A stretch of 64,000 bases of DNA. Origin: an archaeon. GTDB lineage: Archaea > Micrarchaeota > Micrarchaeia > CAILAH01. Within the stretch, counting starts at the first letter, position 1. Each line of letters starts with the position of its first letter. Of this stretch, positions 1-10,165 are shown piece by piece. The notes beneath the pieces are model-generated. The model did no database searches. It saw nothing but the letters and a program-made list of their open reading frames with translations, and was not told the DNA's origin. The position numbers and the translations under genes are program-made. The stretch lies in the NCBI GenBank assembly GCA_024274875.1, contig JAJSAH010000020.1, forward strand, positions 3,897 through 67,896, in the 5' to 3' direction.

Positions 1-32
1 GATAAAGCGCGAAAGTACATAAGGTAGGTTTT

Positions 33-1040
33 ATGTGGGACCTTCTCAAATCAAAAATATCTAATTTTGTGTCTAAAGTAAAAGGGGAGGAGGAAAAATC
101 GGAAACTATCTCGAGTAAGAAAATAAGTAAGCAAGATGATGAGAGAATAAGCATAAAAGTTGGAATCAAGGACAAGATAAAGAAAACAATACTAAAAAAA
201 ATAACTCTTGATAAGTCAAAAATTGAAGAAATTGCCGATGAGTTGGAGTTATCTTTAATACAAGCAGATGTGCATCCGGATGTTGCAATGGACATTTGCA
301 GCAAAATTAAGGAGAGATTGTCTGATACTGAATTTACTAAGCAAAACTTGGAGGATGAAATTAAAGAAGTGCTCAAAAACATATTCAGGGAAGAGGTATT
401 TGGAGAGAGCAATGCGCCAGATTTGGTTGAGAAAGTTAAGGAATGCGCTAAACCTTGCAAGATTCTTTTTGTAGGACCTAACGGCGCAGGCAAGACCACC
501 ACTCTCGCGAAAATCGCGCGCTTATTAATGAAAAATGGATTCAAAGTAGTCATTTCTGCATCAGATACGTTTAGAGCAGCAGCAATCGAGCAGACGGAAG
601 AACATGGAGGCAAATTAGGAGTTAAAGTGATTAAGCATGCTTATGGAGCAGATGCTGCCGCTGTTGCGTATGATGCAATAAAACATGCCGAAGCAAAAGG
701 AATCGATGCAGTTTTAATAGACAGTGCTGGCAGGCAGGACACGAACGTTAATTTGCTTAGAGAACTTGAGAAAATGAAGCGAGTCATAAAGCCAGACCTA
801 ATAATTTTCATAGGGGAATCTATCGCTGGAGGTTCGCTATACCAACAAGTTGAAACATTCAAAAACAGCATAGGACTTGATGGCGTGATACTCACAAAGA
901 TTGATTGCGATGCTAAAGGGGGCACTGCAATATCTATTATGAGAGAGACCGGCGTGCCCATAATCTACCTTGGCGTGGGGCAAAAGCACGAAGATATTGT
1001 AAAATTCGATCCAGAATACATCATATCAAACATAATGTGA
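33..1040 (+). CDS. ftsY: SRP receptor GTPase FtsY
   Basis: GPNGAGKTT, DTFRAAA, DSAGR, TKID and AKGG SRP-GTPase motifs; no C-terminal M domain. Confidence 0.96.
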   Translation: MWDLLKSKISNFVSKVKGEEEKSETISSKKISKQDDERISIKVGIKDKIKKTILKKITLDKSKIEEIADELELSLIQADVHPDVAMDICSKIKERLSDTEFTKQNLEDEIKEVLKNIFREEVFGESNAPDLVEKVKECAKPCKILFVGPNGAGKTTTLAKIARLLMKNGFKVVISASDTFRAAAIEQTEEHGGKLGVKVIKHAYGADAAAVAYDAIKHAEAKGIDAVLIDSAGRQDTNVNLLRELEKMKRVIKPDLIIFIGESIAGGSLYQQVETFKNSIGLDGVILTKIDCDAKGGTAISIMRETGVPIIYLGVGQKHEDIVKFDPEYIISNIM

Positions 1041-1044
1041 AAAA

Positions 1045-1269
1045 TCACGAAAGAGCCTTTTTCAACGCTTTCTCATCGGAGACATCAACAATTTGATCAA
1101 GGGGCTCTAAGTGGGATATGTTGGCTCGCCTGGGTTTTTTCCTCGCTGCTGAAACAACTTCCACAAAATTATGGTCAATTATCTCCTTAATCACGCATTT
1201 TTTTCCAGCGTCCCTCCCTCTTAATTTAATGCATACTCTTCCAGGTTCAATACTCCTCATGCTTATCAC
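1045..1269 (-). CDS. rpl14e: 50S ribosomal protein eL14
   Basis: IEPGRVCIKLRGRDAGKKCVI...HLEP; last gene of the spc-type operon. Confidence 0.93.
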   Translation of the reverse strand: MISMRSIEPGRVCIKLRGRDAGKKCVIKEIIDHNFVEVVSAARKKPRRANISHLEPLDQIVDVSDEKALKKALS

Positions 1270-1780
1270 CTATCATTTTTGCAATATATATTATTATTTC
1301 GGCTATTTGTTTAGGTTCAAACTCGCCGCTGTTTATGCAAATATGAAATTTATTTAAATCCATAATATTTATATTATATACTTCAAGGTACCTTTTTTTA
1401 TTCTGAGCATCTCTCCTCATCATGCTTTTTAAAGCGTCTTCATAACTCACGCCATCGCGCTTAGCAACCCTCTCCGCACGTATAGAATCCTCTGCATACA
1501 GCCAAACATTCAAATCCGCATCAGCAAACCACGGACCCAACCAAGTGCTTGTGACAAAGCTGTCATGTTTTTTAATTTCACCCTTCTGCCTGTCATCAAA
1601 CTCCAAGTCGATATTTTTATTCTGTTCCGCCAGTTTCTGCAATTCTGAGAGCGTAATTCCCCTCAGTTTCGCCTCTTCCTTAAATGAAAAAGAAATATGG
1701 GGGATGTTGAGCATGCGAGCAACATAAGAGGCAGCAGTTGTCTTTCCAACGCCAGTTAAACCACATATGCTTATCTTCAT
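1247..1780 (-). CDS. cmk: Cytidylate kinase (archaeal type)
   Basis: MKISICGLTGVGKTT P-loop, RAERVAKRDG, RY..Y.I; usual position between eL34 and eL14; start moved to ATG at 1780. Confidence 0.9.
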   Translation of the reverse strand: MKISICGLTGVGKTTAASYVARMLNIPHISFSFKEEAKLRGITLSELQKLAEQNKNIDLEFDDRQKGEIKKHDSFVTSTWLGPWFADADLNVWLYAEDSIRAERVAKRDGVSYEDALKSMMRRDAQNKKRYLEVYNINIMDLNKFHICINSGEFEPKQIAEIIIYIAKMIGDKHEEY

Positions 1781-1801
1781 CGCAAACACTACCATGCGCG
1801 C

Positions 1802-2104
1802 TTAGAGGTACTGCTGGAAAACCAACGGCACATCCATTCCTTTCATATCTCCATTCTTTACCCTCGCGCGATACATTACAACTCTCTCAGCACATTTATG
1901 GCACAGATTGCCGCCAAAAATCCTCTCCGGCCTGCGCTCAGTTTTTCTAACCTTTCTGGGATTTGAAGCAGTGCCCTTAAGCTTAACCCCGCATACTGCG
2001 CATTTAGGCGCATTCATCTTCTCCCTCTTTGTGCGAGTTCTTAATTTACCGCCAGGAGACCTGTATGAAACTCTCTTTTTTGATCTTTCACTTCGTCTTA
2101 CCAT
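1802..2104 (-). CDS. rpl34e: 50S ribosomal protein eL34
   Basis: RSPGG, CAVCG, ERRPERIFGGNLCHKC. Confidence 0.95.
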   Translation of the reverse strand: MVRRSERSKKRVSYRSPGGKLRTRTKREKMNAPKCAVCGVKLKGTASNPRKVRKTERRPERIFGGNLCHKCAERVVMYRARVKNGDMKGMDVPLVFQQYL

Positions 2105-2591
2105 TTTTCACACCTCCTATTTTCATCTGCGCTATGAAACTGAACAACATGAAGCTTATCCAAAACCAACCTACTGGACCAAATGCATCCCTCCAACTTA
2201 TCAGATGCTCTAAATTAAATTGCGGAATAGGTATGCTGAACGGAAACATAATCACATAATCTGAATAGACCTCTCGCAATTGACCCGCAATAAATGTTGA
2301 TACTAAAAGCAAAGGGAGAGTTATTAACATTGGCTTTAATTGAGATTTGAGCATATCTCCAGCCATCTTATTCATCTTTTCTTCATATTTCTTAAGTTCG
2401 CTGTCGCGCCTCGCCCTTGCAGCAGAAATGTATTTCTTGTTAATCTCCTTCATCTCTTCCTGCAACTGCTTATTTTTTTCCATAAGCTTGCGCATGCCCC
2501 CCAACTCATACATCACATACCTAAGCACTGCTGAGTACGCACCTGCCGCTATCGCTATTATAAATGTAATGGTTATTGGCTCCGAAATCAT
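2088..2591 (-). CDS. DUF106 / EMC3-TMCO1 (Oxa1 superfamily) membrane protein
   Basis: TM - coiled coil - KPMLITLP - GWFW.S.; conserved position between adk and rpl34e. Confidence 0.85.
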   Translation of the reverse strand: MISEPITITFIIAIAAGAYSAVLRYVMYELGGMRKLMEKNKQLQEEMKEINKKYISAARARRDSELKKYEEKMNKMAGDMLKSQLKPMLITLPLLLVSTFIAGQLREVYSDYVIMFPFSIPIPQFNLEHLISWRDAFGPVGWFWISFMLFSFIAQMKIGGVKNGKTK

Positions 2592-3139
2592 ATCCTCACA
2601 CACTCCTCAAACATCTTTATCGATTGCTCTAATTTACCATCCTCATTTAATATAAACTTTATGGGTGCATTAGCATAACTTGAATACGAGCACACCATAG
2701 ATAAGTTAATCTGCTCATGAAAATATATGTTATGCTCAGATTCAATATCCCTCTTTCTTGATCTGTCCTTCTTCCTCCTGCCAAGGATCTCTTTAACAGA
2801 TGCATGAATGTATATGAATGCATCAACGCTTAACTTAGAGAGCACATAATATGGAAATCCTGGGTAATATCCGTCAGCCGTCTTAACGGATGCGTGAGTA
2901 TCAACTATGATTTCTTTGCCAAGCGTTAGAAGCCTGTTTGCCGCCTTATTCTGCAAACTGCGAAATTCTGATCTCTTAAGCCTGCGCATATCATCCCGGT
3001 TTTGCATGCCAAGTTCATGCGAAGCAATCTCAAACATAAGAGTGCCAAAACTCACTACATTTGCATTAGGATGGCGCTTCCTAAACTCCCTAATTATTGT
3101 GGTTTTGCCTGCACCGGGCGTGCCCATCACAATTATCAT
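2588..3139 (-). CDS. adk: Adenylate kinase (archaeal AdkA)
   Basis: MIIVMGTPGAGKTT, RDDMRRL, DTHA, GYYPGFP; directly after secY; true start ATG at 3139. Confidence 0.93.
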   Translation of the reverse strand: MIIVMGTPGAGKTTIIREFRKRHPNANVVSFGTLMFEIASHELGMQNRDDMRRLKRSEFRSLQNKAANRLLTLGKEIIVDTHASVKTADGYYPGFPYYVLSKLSVDAFIYIHASVKEILGRRKKDRSRKRDIESEHNIYFHEQINLSMVCSYSSYANAPIKFILNEDGKLEQSIKMFEECVRI

Positions 3140-3140
3140 C

Positions 3141-4607
3141 TCAAGCACCCAACATTCCCCGCAGCGCAGGGTACATCTCAAACATCCTCTGGGACTCCAT
3201 CTCTTCATACATTCTGTACAATATTCCCGCTGTCAGTAGAATACCCGTCCCTGTGCCCAACGCGCCTGTGAGGTCTGCAAATGCCGCCAAGAGACCTACA
3301 AACCCGCTTCCAAGTATTGTAATCACAGGAATGTACTTAGCAAGTATTCTCTCAATCATGCGCTGATCTCTGCGAAATCCAGGAATTGATAGACCTACTC
3401 CTTTAAGTTGGTTTGCTACATCGCGTGCAGTCATTGAAGAGGTCTCGGTCCACAAATAACCAAAGATTACTGAAAGAATGCATAAACTAATTGCATATAA
3501 TATCGCATGCACATATTGAGGCACAAGCACTGCTCCGACAAATGGCACAAGCAAAGTATTGCTGCTCGTCAGCATAAGATTTATGTAAACAGGCATGCCG
3601 CCCGCAATCGCTATGGGTGATGGAAAGTTTGGGCTTATCAGATAAAGCAATCCCCCTGACAGCTGACCAGTAGGGTCATATGCAGCTATGAATGAAGCCA
3701 AACTTACACCCCCTATCTGAACATTTATGCCCTCTATAAACCTGCCAACCAACTGCAACGATGACAAAAACGCAAATGCAAGTATAACTGGCATGTTAGA
3801 TGTGTACAGAAATTTGATGGGGTACCTCCCTCCATAGCCGCGCGCCCTATCAAATGCAAGGGGAACTTCCACCTTGATTCCCTCTGCATAAACGGACGCT
3901 GCAAGAACAACGATCGTGGAAATTAATGGAGCGAGAGCAATTATGGCAAGAGGTATTGCATTCGCACCGCCTTCAGCCAAGTTGTGGATAAGAGTGTTTG
4001 ACTGCGGTATTCCTCCAAATCCTGTCAGGATGCCCATCATTCCTGAAACCACTGCAAGAGAAACTCCTCCCGCAATAAACAGCCCGATTCCACTGCCTAC
4101 ACCATACTTCGATATGACTTCATCAAAATACATTAACAATATAGACCCTAATGCAACCTGCAAAGCAACTATTATGCGAGTCGCTTCAGCTCCAAAAATT
4201 GGGTCGATAGTCATTAAATTTGTATACACATACGCTTCGAAAAGCGCAAGTATGATTGTGAGCAACTTCTGCGCGCCTTGAAAGAGCGCTTTGTTCTTTG
4301 GATCTGACAAATCCATATCAATTATTTTGGCGCCAACAAACAGCTGAAGGAATATTGATGCAAGAACAATTGGACCAATACCTGTTGTAACTAAGGAACC
4401 TATTTTTGAAGCCAACACCAACTGCAGAAATTGCATGCTTGAATCTTCGCCAACAATCACGCCAACTGGATAAACATGATACATTACATAAAACAGCACC
4501 AATATTGCCCCGGTATAGAACAACCTTTCTTTCAGAGAGGGGGGAACACTGGGCGGCCTCACTTCTGGCAAACGATCGATTGCAGGCTTTAGGAAATTAA
4601 GGTTCAT
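3141..4607 (-). CDS. secY: Preprotein translocase SecY
   Basis: LPEV, GIGPIV.ASI, GVGSGIGLFI, YPIKFLYTSNMP, IPGFRRD, GTGTGILL. Confidence 0.98.
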   Translation of the reverse strand: MNLNFLKPAIDRLPEVRPPSVPPSLKERLFYTGAILVLFYVMYHVYPVGVIVGEDSSMQFLQLVLASKIGSLVTTGIGPIVLASIFLQLFVGAKIIDMDLSDPKNKALFQGAQKLLTIILALFEAYVYTNLMTIDPIFGAEATRIIVALQVALGSILLMYFDEVISKYGVGSGIGLFIAGGVSLAVVSGMMGILTGFGGIPQSNTLIHNLAEGGANAIPLAIIALAPLISTIVVLAASVYAEGIKVEVPLAFDRARGYGGRYPIKFLYTSNMPVILAFAFLSSLQLVGRFIEGINVQIGGVSLASFIAAYDPTGQLSGGLLYLISPNFPSPIAIAGGMPVYINLMLTSSNTLLVPFVGAVLVPQYVHAILYAISLCILSVIFGYLWTETSSMTARDVANQLKGVGLSIPGFRRDQRMIERILAKYIPVITILGSGFVGLLAAFADLTGALGTGTGILLTAGILYRMYEEMESQRMFEMYPALRGMLGA

Positions 4608-4615
4608 CTATACAC

Positions 4616-5038
4616 CTATTTCTCGCTCTGCAGCACGCGCGCTTCTCCACCTACCTGCTCAATTTTTTCCACAGCATTTTTTGAAAAATGCTGCGCCTCA
4701 ATCACCACCGGAAACAATAGCGTGCCAGCACCAAGAACTTTTCCATCGAACTTATAATAAAATATGTTATCCCTCTTCTTAATCTCCCCATTAGCAATCA
4801 TCCGCGATATTGAAGATAAGTTCATTTTATTAATTTTCTTCAATGTTGGATTTAGAAATCCATTCCTACCATAAAACCCTTTTTCATACTTATATGTGTA
4901 TGTTTTTTTATGCTTTCTGGATCCTCCGCGGCCTGTGCCGCCTCTGCAACCGGAACCCCTTCCTTTTTTGGTGTTGCCCCTTCCATGCGACCTTGTTCCA
5001 GCATACTTGCGTTTCCTTGATTTATGAGTCCTTACCAT
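4616..5038 (-). CDS. rpl15: 50S ribosomal protein uL15
   Basis: G.RSHGRG..K.GRGSG.RGG.G.GG, KVLGAG, AVEKIEQVGG. Confidence 0.95.
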   Translation of the reverse strand: MVRTHKSRKRKYAGTRSHGRGNTKKGRGSGCRGGTGRGGSRKHKKTYTYKYEKGFYGRNGFLNPTLKKINKMNLSSISRMIANGEIKKRDNIFYYKFDGKVLGAGTLLFPVVIEAQHFSKNAVEKIEQVGGEARVLQSEK

Positions 5039-5493
5039 CAGATCATCCTCCTCAATAATGCATTAATGGCTTCTCTCCTATAACCAAGCGCCCCGCGAGG
5101 ATATGCATACTTTATATGTTTATATCCCCCGCTCGGCGGATGCAACCGAAATACAGGTTTAATCCCAATATCTTTTGCTTTCTTGCCGCTCAAAATTGCT
5201 TCAGCCAATTCATTATAATTCTTAAAACCTTTGTCTTTAAGGAATTTTTTAGAAATGCGCTTGTTGCCTGCTAAACGCCCTCTTTTCTGCACAACCTTTG
5301 CAAACACATCCTTATTAACTTCTCCCCAAGTCACATAATCTTTGCATTTGTTGAGCATCCCTTTCAACTGCGCAGATTCACCCATGACCACGCAATGATT
5401 CACCCTCGTCAAATTAAGCAAATGCATCGTGCGTTTTATATCAGGTTTTATGCCTGTTCTTCCTCTCACCCTAATGATAGCATAATATTTCAT
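5038..5493 (-). CDS. rpl30: 50S ribosomal protein uL30
   Basis: AIIRVRG, KDYVTWGE, FRLHPPSGG, GALGYR; start moved to ATG at 5493. Confidence 0.95.
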   Translation of the reverse strand: MKYYAIIRVRGRTGIKPDIKRTMHLLNLTRVNHCVVMGESAQLKGMLNKCKDYVTWGEVNKDVFAKVVQKRGRLAGNKRISKKFLKDKGFKNYNELAEAILSGKKAKDIGIKPVFRLHPPSGGYKHIKYAYPRGALGYRREAINALLRRMI

Positions 5494-5497
5494 ACAA

Positions 5498-6142
5498 TCA
5501 CTCCTCTGACCAATCAACATTGGATTGCATATTCGTAAGCTCTTTCAGCGCTCGATACACAGCAATAGCAGTATTGTACCTTGTGGAAGTGTGGCCTTTT
5601 GAATGCGACCACACATCGCTTAACCCAACTTTTGAAAGAACTTTCTTGACAACATTATTGCCGACAATACCAACCCCTCTCGGCGCAGGTTTAAGCATCA
5701 CGCTAACGCTGCCGCATTTCCCAGATACCTTTACAGGCAAGCTGTGGCGCGTCCCGCAACCGCATTCCCAAGAACCGCATCCAAACGGAACATAAATTAT
5801 GTTCATCTTCGCATCGCGAATAGCATTCTCTATAGCAGGCCTAACCTCATCTGACTTGCCTGCGCCTATGCCCACATGACCATGACCGTCTCCTACCACA
5901 ACAACTGCCCTGAATCTTATCTTTCGCCCTGAATCAGTGACTCTTTGCGTAGTGCCAAGTTTTAAGATTTCATCCTTCAAATCCGGCAAGAGTTTATCAA
6001 CGATTTCTGATTCTAATATTTTCTCTCCGCTAAGAATGATTTCATCAATGCTTGTTATCTGACCGCTAGCCACTTTGCGACCCAACTCAGTTTTTGGAAC
6101 CCATTCCACCTCAACTTCCTTTGATTGACCTCTCATCACCAT
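5498..6142 (-). CDS. rps5: 30S ribosomal protein uS5
   Basis: WVPKTELGR, QRVTDSGR, GCGSWECGC, PAPRGVG. Confidence 0.97.
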   Translation of the reverse strand: MVMRGQSKEVEVEWVPKTELGRKVASGQITSIDEIILSGEKILESEIVDKLLPDLKDEILKLGTTQRVTDSGRKIRFRAVVVVGDGHGHVGIGAGKSDEVRPAIENAIRDAKMNIIYVPFGCGSWECGCGTRHSLPVKVSGKCGSVSVMLKPAPRGVGIVGNNVVKKVLSKVGLSDVWSHSKGHTSTRYNTAIAVYRALKELTNMQSNVDWSEE

Positions 6143-6154
6143 AACAATACCCCT

Positions 6155-6733
6155 TTACATTTTAGATTTCACATCCTCTACCAACGCAGGCAGGTTGCCC
6201 GGATCAATCTTGCTTGAAAGATACTTTGAGAACAATCTTTTGTACATCGCCTCATCGGATTTCTTAACTTGATTAGCGTACTCAGCTATATGCTTGCCAG
6301 AGAACCTGTCCATATCAAATACACTCTCACTATGAGGAATATCCATGCCAGCATCAATCGCACCTTTCAAAACCGCATATGCAAAAAATGATTTGGTAGG
6401 AGTCCTTCTACCAAGATCCAAAACCGCTTTCTTGATATTCTTTGCAATTGCGCGCTTGCCAAGCAGATACCCTATTAAATATGCAAACGGAGCGCTCTTC
6501 ATATTAGGAAGACCATACTTAGACAAATCTTTCGATGATGCACTGACCGCAACCTTATCCCCCTCTGGAGAATATGCAACTATCTGCGCAATAATGTTCC
6601 TGCAAGTTTTCCTAACAACAAGCCTATCGCCAAACTTCAATAAGGCAATGCGCTTTGAATAGTTAGTTTTACCTTCCCTCCGTCTCCTAAAAGCCACTTT
6701 ATAAGTGCATCTTGTCGCTCTTCCCATAATCAC
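6155..6733 (-). CDS. rpl18: 50S ribosomal protein uL18
   Basis: RRRREGKTNY.KR, RLVVRKT, AYLIG, KGAIDAG.DIPH. Confidence 0.96.
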   Translation of the reverse strand: MIMGRATRCTYKVAFRRRREGKTNYSKRIALLKFGDRLVVRKTCRNIIAQIVAYSPEGDKVAVSASSKDLSKYGLPNMKSAPFAYLIGYLLGKRAIAKNIKKAVLDLGRRTPTKSFFAYAVLKGAIDAGMDIPHSESVFDMDRFSGKHIAEYANQVKKSDEAMYKRLFSKYLSSKIDPGNLPALVEDVKSKM

Positions 6734-6735
6734 AC

Positions 6736-7173
6736 CTACTTAAACAAGTTGTTATCTTTTATGTAATGCATCAACTGCGAACATGACTTAAACTCACCGC
6801 CTTTTATCTTAAGGTATAATCTCCTGTATGCAGAATCCTTAAGCGCAGACTTAACCTTTCTGAGCGTTCTTCTCTGAGCCCTCGTATGCAAAGTCCATAT
6901 CCGCTTCTTAAGATTGGAAGGTCTCCCCTTCACACTGCCTGCGCCGCGCCTTCCCTTGCGCTTTCTCTCATCATTCAACCTTCCTCTGTATCTTGATGTG
7001 CCGCGCTTTTTCTCAGATGTTATTGTCCCCTGCATTATGAGCACTTTTACATCATCGCGCGTGAGCGCTGAGGATGCTTCCGAAAACTTCTCCGGATTAA
7101 TCTTAATCCTATTCTCACCGCATTTGAGTATGTCCGCGGCCATTCTTTTAACAGTTTTTATGCTCATAAACAC
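6736..7173 (-). CDS. rpl19e: 50S ribosomal protein eL19
   Basis: KRMAADILKCGENRI, TRDDV, GAGSVKG, YRRLY..IKGGEF. Confidence 0.95.
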   Translation of the reverse strand: MFMSIKTVKRMAADILKCGENRIKINPEKFSEASSALTRDDVKVLIMQGTITSEKKRGTSRYRGRLNDERKRKGRRGAGSVKGRPSNLKKRIWTLHTRAQRRTLRKVKSALKDSAYRRLYLKIKGGEFKSCSQLMHYIKDNNLFK

Positions 7174-7176
7174 ACC

Positions 7177-7539
7177 CTAATTCAACAATTTCAGCCCAAG
7201 CTCTGTTACCTTGCTAACTATCTGCTCCCTCTTTCTCTTGCCTATGCTTGATGCAATCCTAACCGCTACAGATTCCTTATCTATTCCATCTAAATCATGC
7301 AAAGATCTCACAAGCACTTCTGAATATCCACTGGGGTGAAGCCCACGCAACGCACGTGGGTTGCGATATCCAACATTCGGCAGCGCCCCCATCTTGACCT
7401 GCTTCTCCCTTTGCTTATTATCAACACCTCTGGGTTTCCTCCATGTATCTTTAAGCCTCCTTCTGTCTGGCCTGCCTACATTAGGCCTAACAAAACGCGG
7501 ATGTTTAACTTTTTTTGATCGCAATTTATCCGATTTCAT
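7177..7539 (-). CDS. rpl32e: 50S ribosomal protein eL32
   Basis: WRKPRGVDNKQR, GY, RGLHPSG. Confidence 0.96.
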   Translation of the reverse strand: MKSDKLRSKKVKHPRFVRPNVGRPDRRRLKDTWRKPRGVDNKQREKQVKMGALPNVGYRNPRALRGLHPSGYSEVLVRSLHDLDGIDKESVAVRIASSIGKRKREQIVSKVTELGLKLLN

Positions 7540-8039
7540 TCTCTCACCAAGTATATGCCATCTTGAAATATGCGCTCATCCTTTCCTCTTATGCGAGTAG
7601 CGCCTCTAAGGTTTGCTGCGGTCTGGCCCACACCGTATATATCAGGACCCTGTATAATCACTTCCTTGCCTTTCACTTTAACCTGAGTATTTCCGACCAC
7701 TTTAGCAATCCTATCAACCTTTGCCCCAAGAAAGTTCTTTATATGAATTTCATTTCCCTTTACTTCAATCTTTATTGGAAAGTGCGAGTATAAAACCGAC
7801 ATCTTCATCTCGTGCCCTTGCATTACGCCTTTAATCGCGTTGAGAATGTGGGCTTTGCATGTGTTCACAAACATTTTCGGTCCAACAATCTTCAAAGAGT
7901 CGTTCTCGCGATTCAAAGAAAGTTTCTTAGACAATGGAATGCTGACTTCGCCCTTCGCCCCTTTAACCGTAACAGCTTCCGGCGTTACTGTTATGTCGAC
8001 TTCTTTTGGAATTTCAACAACCGCGTCCACAACACTCAC
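7536..8039 (-). CDS. rpl6: 50S ribosomal protein uL6
   Basis: YSHFPI, NFLG.K, VGQTAAN, D.RIFQDGIY. Confidence 0.96.
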   Translation of the reverse strand: MSVVDAVVEIPKEVDITVTPEAVTVKGAKGEVSIPLSKKLSLNRENDSLKIVGPKMFVNTCKAHILNAIKGVMQGHEMKMSVLYSHFPIKIEVKGNEIHIKNFLGAKVDRIAKVVGNTQVKVKGKEVIIQGPDIYGVGQTAANLRGATRIRGKDERIFQDGIYLVRE

Positions 8040-8423
8040 CTAATAAATATATCCTATCAACCTTCCGCCAATGCCTTTCTCTCTTGCTTCTATATTCGTC
8101 ATTACGCCCTGGGAAGTTGATACTATCAAATGCCCAAACTCCTTGCTGAGAATGTATCTCTCCTCCCACTTAACCCAATCATTTGCGCGCACAGAAAACC
8201 TTGGCTTGATAGCGCCGCAATCATTTATTGAACCGATTCCGCTAATTATGAGCTCCCCGCCTCTACCATTTTCAACTAATTCATATGATTGAATGTATCC
8301 TTTATCTTTGAGAATTTGCACAACATTCAAAAGCAACTTCGAAACTGGCTTAAGCTTGCATTCATGCTTTCCAACTTTTTTGTGAGTTTTTATTACATTT
8401 AATCCATCGGCAACTACATCCAT
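8040..8423 (-). CDS. rps8: 30S ribosomal protein uS8
   Basis: IN.CGAIKPRF, IVSTSQGVM, GIGGRL. Confidence 0.97.
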   Translation of the reverse strand: MDVVADGLNVIKTHKKVGKHECKLKPVSKLLLNVVQILKDKGYIQSYELVENGRGGELIISGIGSINDCGAIKPRFSVRANDWVKWEERYILSKEFGHLIVSTSQGVMTNIEAREKGIGGRLIGYIY

Positions 8424-8433
8424 AATAACACCT

Positions 8434-8601
8434 TCAATACTTCCTGAATCCTATCCTCTCACCGTAATCCCTAAAACATCTCCTGCATATGTTAAGCCTG
8501 TACTTCCTAATCAACCCTCTCGCAGTGCCGCAAAAACGGCATTTCCTGTTTCCCTTGCCTTTATACTTGGATAAATATTTCTTCTCATCTTTTGGCTCCA
8601 A
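8434..8601 (-). CDS. rps14: 30S ribosomal protein uS14 (55 aa, not in the ORF track)
   Basis: Manual translation from TTG 8601: (M)[54 protein letters not shown]; both CxxC motifs intact; lies between uL5 and uS8. Confidence 0.95.
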   Translation of the reverse strand: MEPKDEKKYLSKYKGKGNRKCRFCGTARGLIRKYRLNICRRCFRDYGERIGFRKY

Positions 8602-8605
8602 ACAA

Positions 8606-9124
8606 TCACCCTTCTATTTCAACACCAAACTTATCACGCAAATACTCCTGCGCCTCATCATCTGTTATCACATGCTTCTTCCCAACGCGAGACCTTGCAA
8701 CCTTGCGCTTCGCGACTCTGTATCCAGGCCTCTCCAGATTAACGCAAACATCAAAACCCAGAACACCAATCTTTGGATCATACTTTGCACCGGGAAAATC
8801 AATGTACTCTTTCACGCCAAACGAGAAATTTCCTCTGCCATCAAACGCGCGCTTATTCAGCTTGTTTCCCACCGCAGTAAATGCTTTCTTCAGGAATGAT
8901 TCGGCATCCTCCCCGCGCAATGTGGTTTTTGCACCTATGGGAAGGCCTTTTCTGATGCCCCAAGTAGGGTTCCTTGTCTTTGATTTAGTGAGCACCACAT
9001 TCTTGCCAGCGAGCCTGCTTAAGAAAGCTGCTGCATTCTCCAATTCTTCTCCTGCCTTGCCTATTCCCATGTTCACGACAACTTTTGACAGATGAATTTC
9101 TCTCATTTTTGACATATCATTCAC
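8606..9124 (-). CDS. rpl5: 50S ribosomal protein uL5
   Basis: [36 protein letters not shown]. Confidence 0.97.
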   Translation of the reverse strand: MNDMSKMREIHLSKVVVNMGIGKAGEELENAAAFLSRLAGKNVVLTKSKTRNPTWGIRKGLPIGAKTTLRGEDAESFLKKAFTAVGNKLNKRAFDGRGNFSFGVKEYIDFPGAKYDPKIGVLGFDVCVNLERPGYRVAKRKVARSRVGKKHVITDDEAQEYLRDKFGVEIEG

Positions 9125-9806
9125 CTAAAACAAACAAGTACTCTTTTAACGTGACAAATTTCTCACCTGCATCAGAAACAACTACTGCCTTCGCCCTTGC
9201 CTGCGGTGTGCCTGCAATGATTGATTCAACCGCGCCAACATCGCCAGCATGCTTGCCTTTAAGAACCTTGCACTTGGATCCATCTTTCAAAGGAAATACC
9301 TTCAATACCTTAAAATCAGGTATTGAGAATTTAACTACATCGCCCATATTCAATTCCTTATCCAACAGCATCGAGCGACCATCATCAAAAGAGTACTGCA
9401 TCCTGCCTTTTGAAACCTTGCGCTTGCCTACAACTTTAAGAAATTTGTGCTTCAAATTGTAATTCCTTTTTGGAACTAGCCTGCCCTTCGAATCAAGATC
9501 TATGTAATATGTCATGTTCATGCCCTTTATATGGACAACATCCATAAACCCTATTGGAAACTTAATATCTTTAACAACCTTTCCATCCACAAGCACTTTT
9601 CCTTGCGTTATGATATATTTTGCCTCCTTGCGAGTGTGAGCCACATTCAATAAATCGCGCAGCAATGAACCAAGCGCTATACTCTCGGATGCCGAATGCG
9701 TGCCTGCATTCGGCTTAATCAACCAAGTCTTGCCCTTTTTAGGCAACAAGATTACGCGGGAAATGTTCAACCGCTTCAATGTGTTATCATGACCATGCTT
9801 TGCCAT
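9117..9806 (-). CDS. rps4e: 30S ribosomal protein eS4
   Basis: LKRL, LRDLL, VLVDGKV..D..FPIGFMDV, GKHAG. Confidence 0.95.
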   Translation of the reverse strand: MAKHGHDNTLKRLNISRVILLPKKGKTWLIKPNAGTHSASESIALGSLLRDLLNVAHTRKEAKYIITQGKVLVDGKVVKDIKFPIGFMDVVHIKGMNMTYYIDLDSKGRLVPKRNYNLKHKFLKVVGKRKVSKGRMQYSFDDGRSMLLDKELNMGDVVKFSIPDFKVLKVFPLKDGSKCKVLKGKHAGDVGAVESIIAGTPQARAKAVVVSDAGEKFVTLKEYLFVLGE

Positions 9807-9814
9807 ACTTACAC

Positions 9815-10165
9815 CTATTTAGACCTCGCAGCAGATTTTGTCTCCTTCGCCTCAAGACTTGTAAGCATAAGAATGGAAGGATCGAGAAAAATGGGCTTTT
9901 CCTTGCCATCGGGCTTTCTCACAGTTATTCCTTCAAGCGCCACCTTGCGCTCCTTCAGCTTGACCTTAACTACTTTCGCCTCTTTGCCCTTATGCTCGCC
10001 TCTCATCACTTTAACAATATAGCCATTTTTAACGCGCGCAGAACGCCTGCCCAGCGTCTTGCGGAGATCCTTAGATACATGAACTGACACCATATCTTGC
10101 TTTCTATGCAAAGGAGCATTTTCTAAAAACTTCCGCTGCTTTCTCCTAGATTTAGTTACCATCAT
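9815..10165 (-). CDS. rpl24: 50S ribosomal protein uL24
   Basis: RKQRK...NAPLH, VKVMRG (KOW), K.DG.E. Confidence 0.95.
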   Translation of the reverse strand: MMVTKSRRKQRKFLENAPLHRKQDMVSVHVSKDLRKTLGRRSARVKNGYIVKVMRGEHKGKEAKVVKVKLKERKVALEGITVRKPDGKEKPIFLDPSILMLTSLEAKETKSAARSK